Origin: Leucoraja erinacea
Taxonomy: Eukaryota
Length of the DNA stretch: 64,000 nucleotides
Assembly (NCBI RefSeq): GCF_028641065.1
Contig: NC_073411.1
Location: 3,410,001-3,474,000 of the forward strand
Direction: 5' to 3'
Shown here in pieces: positions 51,189-64,000 of this stretch. A model generated the notes under the pieces. The model did no database searches. It saw only the letters and a list, made by a program, of their open reading frames with translations, and had not been told where the DNA came from. The translations under genes and the position numbers were made by a program. Position 1 is the first letter of the stretch. Each line of letters opens with the position of its first letter.

Positions 51189-52743
51189 GTAAGTATAAAA
51201 TAACAGAGTTAAACACCCCCGGTTTATTTCAGAGTACGTAAACCAAATTCTTCATTTCTGAAATAGATTGATCAGAGTTGGCATCTCTGGAGAACATGGA
51301 GAGGATGTTTCCGTTCGGGGACCAACCTTCTGAAATGAAGATAGACACAAAATGCTGGAGTAACTCAGCAGGACAGGCAGCATCTCTGGAGAGAAGGAAT
51401 GGGTGACGTTTCGGGTCGAGACCCTTCTTCCGAGGTCTTGACCTGAAACGTCACCCATTCCTTCTCCATAGATGCTGCCTGTCCCGCTGAGTTACTCCAG
51501 CATTTTGTGTCTGTCTTTGATGTAAACCAGTTCTTTCCTGCACATCCTTCTGAAATGAGTTGCTTGATATGAGCTGGAATGTCGGGAAACTCCAGACTGG
51601 ATCAGCACTCCTCATACATGCCAGCAGGCACCCAGGAGATACCATTAAACCATATAACCATATAACAATTACAGCACGAAAACAGGCCATCTCGGCCCTA
51701 CAAGTCCGTGCCGAACAAATTTTTTTTTCCCCTTAGTCCCACCTGCCTGCACTCATACCATAACCCTCCATTCCCTTCTCATCCATATGCCTACCCAATT
51801 TATTTTTAAATGATACCAATGACCTGCCTCCACCACTTCCACTGGAAGCTCATTCCACACCGCCACCACTCTCTGCGTAAAGAAGTTCCCCCTCATATTA
51901 CCCCTAAACTTCTGTCCCTTAATTCTGAAGTCATGTCCTCTTGTTTGAATCTTCCCTATTCTCAAAGGGAAAAGCTTGTCCACATCAACTCTGTCTATCC
52001 CTCTCATCATTTTAAAGACCTCTATCAGGTCCCCCCTTAACCTTCTGCACTCCAGAGAATAAAGACCTAACTTATTCAACCTATCTCTGTAACTTAGTTG
52101 TTGAAACCCAGGCAACATTCTAGTAAATCTCCTCTGTACTCTCTCTATTTTGTTGACATCCTTCCTATAAATTGGGCGATTGTGATGTTTGAAATTTGAA
52201 TGTAATATGCACATCTCTTCTAAAAGGGCTTCTGTTTTTAGCTGAAGATTAACTATTTTATTAAAGCTAGGGCACTACATGAGCAGGGGTTGATGGATGG
52301 CTGGCAACTGGGGACCTTGTAGCCTGCAGATGCTGGAAACCTGAGCAATAAACAAAGTGCTGGAGGAACTCGGTGGGTCAGGCAGCACCCATGGAGGGAG
52401 TGGACAGACCACATTTTGGTTTCTCGACACAGAAGACATTTCCCAACCCAACACGCAATCTGTCCAAGACTATTAAATGTGTAGGAAGGAACTGCAGACA
52501 CTGGTTTACACTGAAGATAAACACAGAATGCTGGAGTAACTCAGAGGGACAGGCAGCAGAGAAGGAATGGGTGATGTTTCGGGACAAAACCCTTCTTTAG
52601 ACTACTAAATGGTTGGAATAAAAGAGAACAAAGTGTAGATTCTGGAAATGTAGTGAAACAGGTGCAGAGATTTATTCAACTTGTTAGGGAATAACTCCGC
52701 TTTGAATGTAATTTAAAATGACTTGTTTCCTGCTGTCTTGCAG

Positions 52744-52827
52744 CTCTTCGAACGAGACCTGCGCAGATATGCCAAGCACGTAAAGAACATGAGTCTCAGC
52801 AGCCATTCTTTGTTTGACAATGAGCAG
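52744..52827 (+). CDS. POLM: POLM exon 10, copy C
   Basis: Same peptide and splice sites as copy A. Confidence 0.75.
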
Positions 52828-55800
52828 GTAGGAAGTAATCTAAGCTTCTCTCTCGGCCTGCCAAACAGGGTTAAAGGAGGGGAATCCACCCAGCTGACTG
52901 AGATGGTGACTGTCTGACTGTGAGATGCTGACTGTCTGAGACGCTGACTGACTGTGAGATGCTGACTGTCTGTGTCTGTGTAGCAGTTTGGACAAGATGG
53001 AGTGTCTGGCCTGCTTGCTGCTGTGTGATCCTAAGTGACGTTAAGCTTGTGCTGCCATGTGGTGTCACCGCATGAAGTGAATCGCACCACCCAGAGGGCA
53101 GTTAATGTGCCCCTCTGCATTTTCCATGTTGCTGTTGGGTGGCACATGTGGTGCTGCAGTTAGTCACACTCCCTCACAGCCCCACAACAAGAACGCTTCA
53201 ATCCTGACCTCCTGTGCTCACAGCATGTTGAGTCTGCATCTTCTCCCCATGACGGCGTGGGTTACCCCTGGCTGTTCCGATTTCCAACCACATCCCAAAG
53301 ACTGTTAGTAGGGTAGACACAAAATGCTGCAGTAACTCGCTGAGTGAGGCAGCATCCCTGGAGAACCCGTGCAGGTGACGTTTCAGGTCACGACCCTGCT
53401 TCCATGTTTCTATTGCTAGTAGGTGAATTGGCCACATCAAATTTCTGCTCGTGTAGGTAAAAAGTAAACAAATCAAATGGGTGTGGATGAGCTTGGGAGA
53501 GATTAATTGCAGGGTTTTAGGGGAATAACTACTAACTCCATCTATCTCCAGTCCTTTCCCATCCCAGTCATTCTATCTCCCTACTCCCATTGGGCAGAAG
53601 CTTGAAAGCGCATACCACACCAGCTTCTTCCCCCTCTGTTATCAGGCTTCTAGATGGTCCATCCATAAGCTAGGGTACTGTCCGATTCTCCTCTAGCCCA
53701 TTGCGGACATTGGACTTTGTCTCTGGAGCTGATGCATTATAACGCTGAGAAAGGTAACTTTCCCTACACTCCACCTATTCTTCTTCTTGTATATGGCGTG
53801 CACGGCCTAAAGTTGTAGGACAACTTGTTCTATTTGATCTTATTTGATTGTGCACACCGGGTTGATTGCATTCGTCAAAACAGGGCGGGCCACGTGAAGG
53901 TTGCAATCTCCCACCCCCACTCCACGTATTGAACTTGAGTTTGGCTTCATTTGTTTTTATGTGTAGAGTTATCTGGGCAAGCACAACAAACCTATTCACT
54001 GTACCTCAGTACATGTGACAATAATAAATCTAAACCTAAGAGTGGGAACGGGACTGAGGTGAGTTGGTTTTGGGTGCTGACCTACTGCGTACTAGTACGT
54101 GAATTAGTTGAGTTTAAACAAGGAGCATTTTTCATCATTAATTAAACCACAAAATGAGGCAAGTAAAAAAGGACTTGAGTTCTGTAGTCAGGTAACATGT
54201 CAGCACAGTGTTTTAACTCACTTTTTGGGATCTGGACATAGCTGGCGAGGCCTATGTTACTTTCCCAGCCTCAGTAGCCCTTGATAGTTGTTGGTGAGCA
54301 GTTCTGGTAAAGGGGCTTCCTCACTGTTAGTGTAGGGAGTTCCAAGATTTAGCTAAGATTGTGCCTGTAATCGCTGGAGTTTAGAAGGATGAGAGGACCT
54401 CATTGGAACTTACCAAATAGTGAAAAGCCTGGATAGAGTGGATGTGGGAAGGTTGTTTCCACTAGAGTCATACAGCATGGAAACAGGCTCTTTGGCCCAA
54501 CATGCCCACACCGCCCAACATGTCCAATCTACACTAGTCCCACCTGCCTGTGTTTGGCCCATATCCATCTAAACCTGTCCTATCCATGTACCTGTCTAAC
54601 TGTTAAATGTTGCAATAGTACCTGCCTCAACTACCTCCTCCGGCAGCTCGATCTCTACACACACCACTCTTTGTTTGATAAAGTTACTCCTCAGATTCCT
54701 ATTAAATCTTTTCACCCTCACCTTAAACCTATGTCCTCTCGTCCTCGATTCCTCTACTCTGGGCAAGAGACACTGTGCAACTACCCGATCTAATTCTCTC
54801 ATGATTTTGAACATCTCTATAAGATCACCCCTCACCATCCTGCAGTCCAAGGAATAGAGTACTAGTCTGCTCAACCTCTCCCTATAGATCAGGCCCTCGG
54901 GCCCTGGCAACATCCTCGTAGATCTTCTCTGCACCCTGGTCTACCTTCGATTTAAACCAGCATCTGCAGTTCTTTCCAACACATTTTGTCCGCTCCAATG
55001 CGAAATCTCCTCACGGTATGTCGACTTTGAAGAAGTTCTCTTCCTCTCAACATGAACGGCCTCAACCCGAAACATCACCCATCCCTTCTCCAGAGATGCT
55101 GCCTGACCCGCTGAGTTATCCAGCATTTTGTGTCTACCTTCTCTGCACTCTTTACAGTTTGACAATATCTTTCCTTTAACATGGTGCCCAGAAATGAACA
55201 CAATACTCTAAATATTTCCTCGCCGATGTCACATACAACTGCAACATGACCTCCCAACTTCTATACTCAATAGGTACACAAAAATGCTGGAGAAACTCAG
55301 CGGGTGCAGCAGCATCTATGGAGCGAAGGAAATAGGCAACGTTTCGGGCCGAAAACGTTGCCTATTTCCTTCGCTCCATAGATGCTGCTGCACCCGCTGA
55401 GTTTCTCCAGCATTTTTGTGTACCTTCGATTTTCCAGCATCTGCAGTTCCTTCTTAAACATTCCATACTCATACTCTGACTGATGAAGGCCAATATGCCA
55501 AAGCCCTTTTTGACCACCTGATGTACCTGTGGTGCCACTTTCAACAAACTATGTACCTGTACTCCGAGATCCCTCTGCTCTACAACACTGCCCAGGGACC
55601 TACAGTACCATCCACTGTGTAGGTCTGGCCCATGTTAGTGTTCCCAAGATGCAATACCTCACATTCCATCAAGCATTCCTCAACCCATCTGCCTAACCGA
55701 TCAAGATCCTGCTGCAATCTTTGACAACCATCTTCACTATCTACAATACCACCCACTTGCATGTCACTAGTGGGAGAGTCGAGGACCAGCGGTCACAGCC

Positions 55801-57433
55801 TGAGAATAAAAGAATGTACCTTGAGAAAAGAGATGAGGAGACATTTCTTTAGTCAGTGGGTAGTGAATCTGGAATTCATTGCACAGGAGGCCAATTAATT
55901 GGGTATTTTCAAAGCTGAGACGGACAGGTTCTTGATTAATTAGTATGTTAAAAGTTATGGGGAGAAGGCAGGCAGGAAAAAGCGATTGAGAGGGAAAGAT
56001 AGAACACCCATGATTGAATGTCAGAGTAGACTGGAAGGGCCGAATGGCGTCATACTGCTCCTTTGCCTTACGAACAACGAAGGTACAGCAGTGTGTGACT
56101 GAGTGAGGTTGCTGTGTAACTTGGAGCCAAGAGTGTGGATGGCTTGTGTTAGGTGTTCTCCTCCTTCTTGAGGAGAGTGGTACTGAGATAAGGTGATGCA
56201 GGGTGAGTAACTGCGGTGCATTTGAGTTTAGTTTAGAGTGGTGGCGTGGAAACAGTCTCATCAGCCCACCAAGTCCATGACAACCATTGGTCCGAGCACC
56301 AGTTCTAAATGATCCCACTTTCTCATCCACTCGTTTTACATTGGGGACCATTTGACATCGGCCAATTAACCAACAAGCCCACACATCTTTGGCATATGGT
56401 ACGAAGCCGGAAATCCCCTGCGCAATCACAGATGGAACTTGCAAACTCCATGCAGACAGCACCTGAGGTCTGGATTGAATCCGTGTCCCTGGCATTGAGG
56501 GTGTGCCGCTATGCGGCATGTTTGTGACAGTGCGCACTGTGGGGGGGGGGGGGGGGGGAATGTTTGGGATGGTGAATGGGTTCCTTTGTCCTAGAATATT
56601 CACGAGCTTCTTGTATATCATCGGAGCTGCACTCATCTTGGCAAGTGGAGTGTGTGCATCACATTACAATCTTGAAGACGGTGGAAAGGCTTTGGCATTC
56701 CAGGAGGTGACATCACATTTTAAGAGTAAACTTTCTTAAAGGTGAAGTCAGTTCATAAGAAATAGGAGCAGAATTAGGCCATTCGGCCCATTGAGTCTGC
56801 TCTGTCATTTGATCATGTCTGATCTATTTTACCCTCTCAACCCCATTCTCCTGCCATTCTCTCCCCATAAACTTTGATGCCCTTAAACAAAACTTATTCA
56901 TCTCTGCTTTAAACATACCCAATGGCTTGGCCTCCACAGCCGTCTGTGGCAATGACTTCCACAGATTTGCCGCCCTCCGGCTAAGGAAATTCCTCCTCTT
57001 CTTCATTCTAAAGGGCCTGTCCCACTTGGCGATTTTTTTCGGCGACTGCCGGCATCATTGCCTGACGTATCAGGTCACTGAAACTTACGCGGTGTGATGT
57101 GGCGTGATGATGTATGGCGTGCGGTGTTTTTTCAAGTGTCGCAACATTTTTTTTGTCGCCACTCAATTTTGAAATGTTCAAAATCTTTTGGCGACATTTA
57201 AAATGCCGTTGGCAGAATCGCGAAGTGGGACAGGCCCTTAAAGCTACGTCCTTTATTTTGAGGCTATGCTCTCTGATCCTAGACTCTCTTACTACTGGAA
57301 ACATCCTCTCCACATCCACTCTATATAGAACTTTCATTTTTTTTTGCTATTTTTCTGACTTTTGTAAATAATGCTAATTGTTTAAACAGAATTTATCTTC
57401 CATATTTCAGAATACATTTCTTCTTTATTTCAG

Positions 57434-57520
57434 AATATATATTTGCCAGCTACCACAGAAGAAGAAATCTTTGCACATTTTGGATTGGAGTACATTCCAC
57501 CACAGGAGAGGAATGCTTGA
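57434..57520 (+). CDS. POLM: POLM exon 11, copy C
   Basis: NIYLPATTEEEIFAHFGLEYIPPQERNA*. Confidence 0.75.
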   Translation, partial: NIYLPATTEEEIFAHFGLEYIPPQERNA

Positions 57521-60500
57521 TCAGCTGAGTTCACACTGTAGAAACACGCAGAGCACCTGAATGAAAGGCCTTGGACAAAGATATTTATTGCACTGTTATC
57601 ATCACTTTAAACTGGGTAAAAGCTGGACATTCACCCATCTCTGTCTGAATGTGTGTCAGTTGTTGAATGGGATCCCCCTCACTATCAAATCTCTGGAGTC
57701 AAGTCCAACTCAAAGAACACACAATCCAAGTTTGCATTGAGAAAGAACTCCAGATGCTGGATAAAATCGAAGGTAGGCACAAAATGCTGGGGTAGCTCAG
57801 CGGGTGAGGCAGACCCGAAACGTCACCCATTCCTTCTCTCCATAGATGCTGCCTCACCCGCTGAGTTACCCCAGCATTTTGTGTCTACCTTTGCATTGTG
57901 AGATTAATGCACCGACAGAGCTACTGTTAATTTGTGATCATGTCCTCCTCACCCACACATAAAATATCCCAGGGTGCCATGGTAAGGAAAAATCTTCCCA
58001 AGATAGTGGCCTTGTAAACTTTTCTAACATAAAGGGGAAAATAAAATAAAATAAAAAAATCTACTCATTTATATCTCAATTGATTTTGTGATACTTTACA
58101 TGCTGCATTTCCCACATTGCAATAGACAATAGGTGCAGAAGTAGGCCATTTGGCCCTTCGAGCCAGCATCGCCATTCAATGTGATCATGGCTGATCATCC
58201 CCAATCAGTATGCCGTTCCTGTCTTCTCCCCAGCTTGATCACACTTCAGAGGTCCTTAATTTACTCCAAAGTGGTTGGGGATATCGAGATTATGAAAGGA
58301 GATGAATCATGGCCGTGAAACTAGTAGTTGACAGAAATCACCCGTCTGTTTCACTCATAGACTGGAGAGAAATCATCCTTGATCACAACCTGCAATAGTT
58401 TTGGTTTAAGAACGAACTGCAGATGCTGCTTTTAATCGAAGGTAGACACTAAATGGGTGACGTTTCGGGTCAAGAGGTCTGAAGAAGGGTCTCGACTCGA
58501 AACGTCACCCATTCCTTCTCCAGAGATGCTGCCTGTCCCACTGAGTTACTCCAGCATTTTGTGTCTACCTATAGTTTTGGTGTAGTTTAGTTTATTTTAG
58601 AGATACAGCATGGAAACAGGCCCTTCGGCCCACTGGGTTTGCACAGACCAGCGATCCCCGCACATTAACACTGTCCTATACACACTAGGGACAAATTTAC
58701 ATTCATACCAAGCCAATTAACCTACAAACCTGTACGTTTTTGGAGTGTGGGAAGAAACCGAATATCTCGGAGAAAGCCCACGCAGGTCACGGGGAGAACG
58801 TACAAACTCCATACAGACAGCAACCGTAGTCAGGATCGAACACGGGTCTCCGGCGCTGTGAGTCAGCAACTCTACCTGTGCGGCACCGTGTTGCCCAAAA
58901 AGGTTTTCCTTTAAAACTATCCAGATAGTTTGAAATATTTAGTTGGCAGTTCAGAGAGCTCATTAAATGTTTAGTTAGTGGTTTTAATATGATTAAGTGG
59001 AACCTGTCTGAAGAAGGGTCTTGACCCGAAACATCACCCATTCCTTCTCTTCAGAGATGCTGCCTGTCCCGCTGAGTTACTCCCAACATTTTGTGTCTAC
59101 CTTCGATTTAAACCAGCATCTGCAGTACTTTCCCACACATTAAGTAGAATCATGGCTCTTTGTGGGGGTGGGAGATTGCAACCTTCATGTGGTCCGCCCT
59201 GTTTCGACGAATACAATCAACCCGGTGTGCACAATCAAATAGAACAAGTTGTCCTACAACTTTAGGCTGTGCACGCTGTACGCAAGAAGAAGAAGATGTC
59301 TCTTTGTGGTGATACAAAACTGCAGATGCTGGAATCTGCAGTAAAAAACAAACTGCTGAACATGTGTGGAGCAAAAGGACGGTGGACACTTTGCCTCCAT
59401 AGATGCTGCTTGACCTGCTCAGTTCCTCAGATAGACACAAAATGCTGGAGAAACTCATGGGCGGTGGAGCAACAGTAGAGTCCGGAGACCCAGGTTCGAT
59501 CCCGACTAGGGGTGCTGTCTGTATGGAGTTTGTACGTTCTCCCCGTGACCTGCGTGGGTTTTCTCCGAGATCTTCATTTTCCTCCCACACTGCAAGACGT
59601 GCAGGCTTGGTATAGGTGTAAATTGTCCCTCGTGTGTGTAGAATTGTGTTAATGTGCGGGGATCGCTGGTCAGTGCGGACTCGGTGGAATGGAGGGCTTG
59701 TTTCCGCGCTGTATCTCTAAACTAAAGTAAACTCAGCGGGACAGACGGCATCGCTGGACAGAAGGAATACGTGACGTTTCGGGTCGAGACCCTTCTTCAG
59801 ACTGAGAGTCAGGGGAGAGGGAAACAAGTTATAGACGGTGATATAGAACAAATGAATGTAAAATATGCAAACAAGTTACGATGATCAAGAAAACAGGCCA
59901 TTGTTGTGTGGGTCGGTGAAAATGAGTTGCAGACAATGAAACTCGCCAGGACGACAGTGAAACTAGTACACTGACGAGGGTGGGGGAGGGATGGGGAATG
60001 AGGGGATTCAAGGGTTACTTGAAGTTAGAGAAATCGATATTCATACCGCTGGGTTGTAAGCAGGCCACGTGAAACATGAGGTGCCATTCCTCCAATTTGG
60101 CCGCACTCTTGACAATTGTTTTGTGAATGAAATTGCAGTGCCGTTGTTGGCCACTCGAGGGCAGCTGTTGGCCATGAGCAGAGAGGACAATAGGATCACA
60201 CTGCACAATCTCAACACGATATGTTGGAGGAGGGGAAAACATAGAAAACAGGTCCAGGAGTAGGCCATTCAGCCCTTCTATCCAGCACCGCCATTCAATC
60301 TAAAATCAGTACCACATTCCTGCTTTCTCCCCATATCCCTTGATTCCGTTAGTCCTGAGAGCTAAATAAAGTGAGAGATGAGCAGAAGGAGAAGGCCACA
60401 GACGGCCAAGTCATTGGGTATTTTTCATGTTCACAAAGTGTAGGAGCTGAATTAGGCCATTGGGCCCATCAAGTCTACTCTGCCATTTAATCATGGTCGA

Positions 60501-62224
60501 TCTACATTTCCCTCTCAGCCCCATTCTCCAGCTTTCTCCCCATAAAGTGGAGATTGACAAGATTTGTGATTAGTAAGGATGTCAAACATTACAGGGAGAT
60601 GGCAGGAGAATGGGGTTCAGAGGGAAAGATAGATCAGCCATGCTTGAAATGGTGGAGCAAACTCAATGGACCGAATTCTGCTCTTATGACATGAGGAGGG
60701 GAAAGGAACAGATTGATCGGGGTTGTGGGGAAAAATGTGTGTGGGCTGGGGGCGGAGATTAGGGTTGCCAACTGTCCCGTATTAGCCGGGACATCCCGTA
60801 TATTGGGCTAAATTGGTTTGTCCCATATGGGACTGCCCTTGTACCATATTTGACAGCTACTACTCAGGTCGAGGGGACTGTCGGGCGGAGCGCCACGTCT
60901 GACCCTGCCTCACCTGTCCCAACGTAGTGCAGCCCATGGAGTGCAGCAGCAGCACCTCGCCTGTGGCCCCGTCGGTGGGCAGCCCAGTCCGACCTTCGGA
61001 CCTTCGCTTACTGCCGACACCACCACCCCTCCTTCTCATGGCCGATCATTGGTTCATGAGTTGGATGGGGCGCCGGACTTTGCGTGCGACGTCACACGGC
61101 CCGGGCCAAAATGCTTCAGCTGGCCTCGCTGGCTGGTCTTTGTGTGCAGTCCAGCACCCGACCCAACTCATCATTCACCCAGCCACGGCCGAGTCGGTCA
61201 ACGAATTGTCCCTTATTTTAACATTTTGTCCCTTATTTGGGACTGAGAAGGTTGGCAACCCTAATGGAGAATGATTAGTAGGCGGGGAGGGAGTGGTTCA
61301 CTTGAAATTGGAGAAATCAATGTTCATACCATTTGGTTGTTAGCTATCCAAGCGGAATATGAGGTGCTGTTTCTCCAGTTTGCGTATGTCTTCAGTCTCA
61401 CAATGGAGGAAGCTGGGACAGAAACATCAGGAGTGGGAAGGGGAGTTAAAGTGGTTGCCAACCAGGGGTCCAGCAGACAGACAGAAGACAGGTGTTTTAC
61501 CCCCTCCTCTCCACCCCACCCCACCCTCTCATCCCCAACCATTCCAACCCCCTAACTTGGTGACCGCCCATTTTTCCCAGCACCTGAGTCATTCTCTTTC
61601 CCCCCCCCCTCTCTCTCATGTCCCACCACTCACTACAAGTCTCCCATTCTTCCTTACACCCCAATTTCCCTTTCCGTCCATATATCCCTTTCTCCAGCTT
61701 TAAAATTCATTTTCCTTTATCTCTTTATTTTCCTTTATCCTCACTTTATCTGACACCCTTTTGTCTCCTTTTCACCTGCAACTTTGTCACGCTCTCCACC
61801 CATCTGCTAGTCAATCCACCCTCACCTGTATCCACCTATCACTCGCCAGGTTGTGCCTGACCCGCTGAAGGTTACTCCTGATGATGGGTTACTCCCTTTC
61901 TTCACTCTGTTTGCACTTTATCAGTTTAATTATTCATTGTGTGTGTGTGTGTGTATTTATGCAATGTGATATGGACAGGCTGATCTGTTCAGTATTCAAT
62001 GCCTACTATGTTCTGTTGTGCTGAAGCAAAGCAAGAATGTCATTGTCCTATCAGGGACACATGACAATAAACTGTCTTGTTCCCATCAAGGATCCTAGAG
62101 GAGCCTCCAGTATCTGTGAGGTAGGAACGTTGATGCGGCGCCAGGGGGAGCGGGTTGGGGAGGCACGGCCGGAAGTGTGCGTGGGGCCGGGGGTCCGGGT
62201 GCGGCGGGCGGGAGCGGGGCAGCG

Positions 62225-62422
62225 ATGGACGGGGCGCCGGGCATGACGGAGATGTACGACCAGGCGATGCTCGGCATCCTGCAGCACGTCGGCAAGATCG
62301 AGAACTTTCTGGAAGTTCTCTTCGGCTTCCTGTACAGGAAAACGGACTTCTACCGCCTGATGGTGCTGAGGGAGGACAGGCTGGGATTCCCGCCCGGGGT
62401 GGCCGAGCGGCTGGCGCTGCGG
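62225..62422 (+). CDS. NUDCD3: NUDCD3 first coding exon (copy after the gap)
   Basis: Same peptide as 47098-47295; donor gtgagg. Confidence 0.9.
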
Positions 62423-62830
62423 GTGAGGGGGGGGGGGAGAGTGGGGGGGAGGGGAGGGGCAGTGATGGGAGGAGGGGTGGGGGACATGGAGCAGAGGGAG
62501 GGGAGGGGAGAGGGGGCAGAGTGGGGGGGGGAGGGGCAAGGAGAGGGGGGAGAGTGATGAGGAGGGGAGGGGGTTTGGACATGGAGCAGAGGGAGGGGAG
62601 GGTGAGAGAGAGTAGTGAGTGGAGGAAAACGAGTGGAGGGGGAGTAGGGAGGGGGGGCGGGAGATGAGGCATGGGAAGGGGGAAGAAATCCGGGGGAAGG
62701 GGAGCTAGAGAGGGGGACGAGGTGAGGGAGGGTACATATGGGGGCAAGGGAGGCAATAATGGGACGTGATTGGGGTGAGGATGTGGGATGGGGAGGGACT
62801 TTGTGAGTGAGGAGAGGGGGAGGGGCGGGA
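62423..62830 (+). repeat. G-rich low-complexity tract in NUDCD3 intron 1 (copy C)
   Basis: G-runs; aligns only loosely with 47296-47952. Confidence 0.8.
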
Positions 62831-63642
62831 GCAACAGAGTTGGTGTTTAAGAAGGAACTGCAGATGCTGGAAAATCGAAGGTAGACAAAAATGCTGGAGA
62901 AACTCAGCGGGTGCAGCAGCATCTGTGGAGCGAAGGAAATAGGCAACGTTTCGGGATGCTGCTGCACCCGCTGAGTTTCTCCAGCATTTTTGTCTACCAG
63001 CAACAGAGTTGGGATGGGGAATTGGGAAAGCGAGGGGTAGGAGTGGATGTCGTTGGTTAGGCGAGGGGCAAGGGGCGTGATGTGGGGGCTGGGATGGATG
63101 GGGAGGGACATGGGGAGCAAGGGAAGACGGCAGAGCAACAGGTGGGAAATTGAGGTGCGGGCGGCAGAGTTGGGACTGAGTGGGATGGGTGGATGGGGTT
63201 GGGAAGGAAGGGGACAAGAGAGCAACACTATCTCCTTGATCCCAAATTGCTCTAACACATTAGTACACCCAGCACTGATCTTACACTTCCATGTCTTTCT
63301 CCTTGGTGTATACAGATGTAGTACCTCATCTACATCTTCTGACAGCGGGCATATATTCCCTCCTTTAACCTCAAGTGGTCTTATCCTCTCTCGTTATCCA
63401 CTTGTACTTAATGTACATATACAAAGCCTTGCGACTCTCTTTGATCCAATGACATTTCATTGACCCCTTCCATTTGCCTGCTTGAGTTTTTTCCTGCTTG
63501 CTTTATATTCCTAAACCTTCCATATGGTTCATGTGTGGTAAACTAGGTTCTGATTAGATTCGTTTTTAGTTTAGTTTGGAGATACAATGCAGCAATAGGC
63601 CCTTCGGCCCACCAGGTCCGTGCCGACCAGCGATCCCCGCAC

Positions 63643-63956
63643 AGGCCTGTCCCACTGTACGAGCTAATTCAAGAGCTCTCCCGAGTTTGAAAAAAAAATT
63701 AACTCGTGGTAAGCACGTAGAATGTACGTAAGCGGGTACCTAGGAGTCGGGCCGTCTCTTTGCGGCTTGTTACGCTAACGGCAGGCTACTCGGGGAATGC
63801 GGTAAGCTCGTGAAGACATGAAGATTTTTCAACATGTTGAAAAATGTCCACGAGAGCCGCGAGTACCTACGAACAGCTATTACCGTAATTCTCCGAGTTC
63901 GAATCAGGGGAAACTCGGGAGAACTCTTGAATTAGCTCCTACAGTGGGACAGCCCC
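63643..63956. mobile_element. Harbinger-like MITE nested in a SINE
   Basis: ctgtcccactgtacgagctaattcaagag...ctcttgaattagctcctacagtgggacag inverted termini. Confidence 0.75.
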
Positions 63957-64000
63957 ACACTATCCTACGCACACCAGGGACAATTTACAATTATACCAAG

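Larger units (their letters stand above)
48163..62937 (+). repeat. Copy C: repeat of the locus from ~21211 to NUDCD3 intron 1 with only one duplication unit (probable alternate haplotype)
   Basis: Starts gttttatat...cagtccaat, equivalent to 21211; many 1-nt indels in its first ~3 kb; crosses the 22674 and 45893 breakpoint equivalents without the junction. Confidence 0.9.

Noticed and set aside
55767-56636. 289-aa minus-strand ORF
   Set aside because: Runs across SINE and CR1 fragments; broken into different frames in copies A and B; no recognisable domain.

Overview
Eukaryotic vertebrate genomic DNA, very rich in repeats. The CR1 LINE, tRNA-SINE, Penelope-like and MITE content suggests a cartilaginous fish such as a skate or ray (inference). 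The + strand carries nine coding exons of a family-X DNA polymerase best called POLM (Pol mu). By human numbering these are exons 3-11, spanning 4406-30132; the BRCT-encoding 5' exons probably lie upstream of the window. An ~11.4-kb tandem duplication follows (22674-34034 copied as 34051-45893), repeating exons 9-11 intact, with a 16-nt filler at the junction. Next come the CpG-rich first coding exon of NUDCD3 (47098-47295) and a 100-N gap (48063-48162). After the gap the locus restarts at the equivalent of ~21211 and runs through only ONE copy of POLM exons 9-11 to NUDCD3 exon 1 again. This is most likely an uncollapsed second haplotype, which would make the tandem duplication a heterozygous CNV. 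Other points of interest are TdT-like residues and a long loop insertion in this Pol mu, minimal hammerhead-ribozyme cores in Penelope-like repeats, and a chimeric consensus artefact at ~7120-7750. No prokaryotic-type systems, CRISPR arrays, rRNA or true tRNA genes were found.
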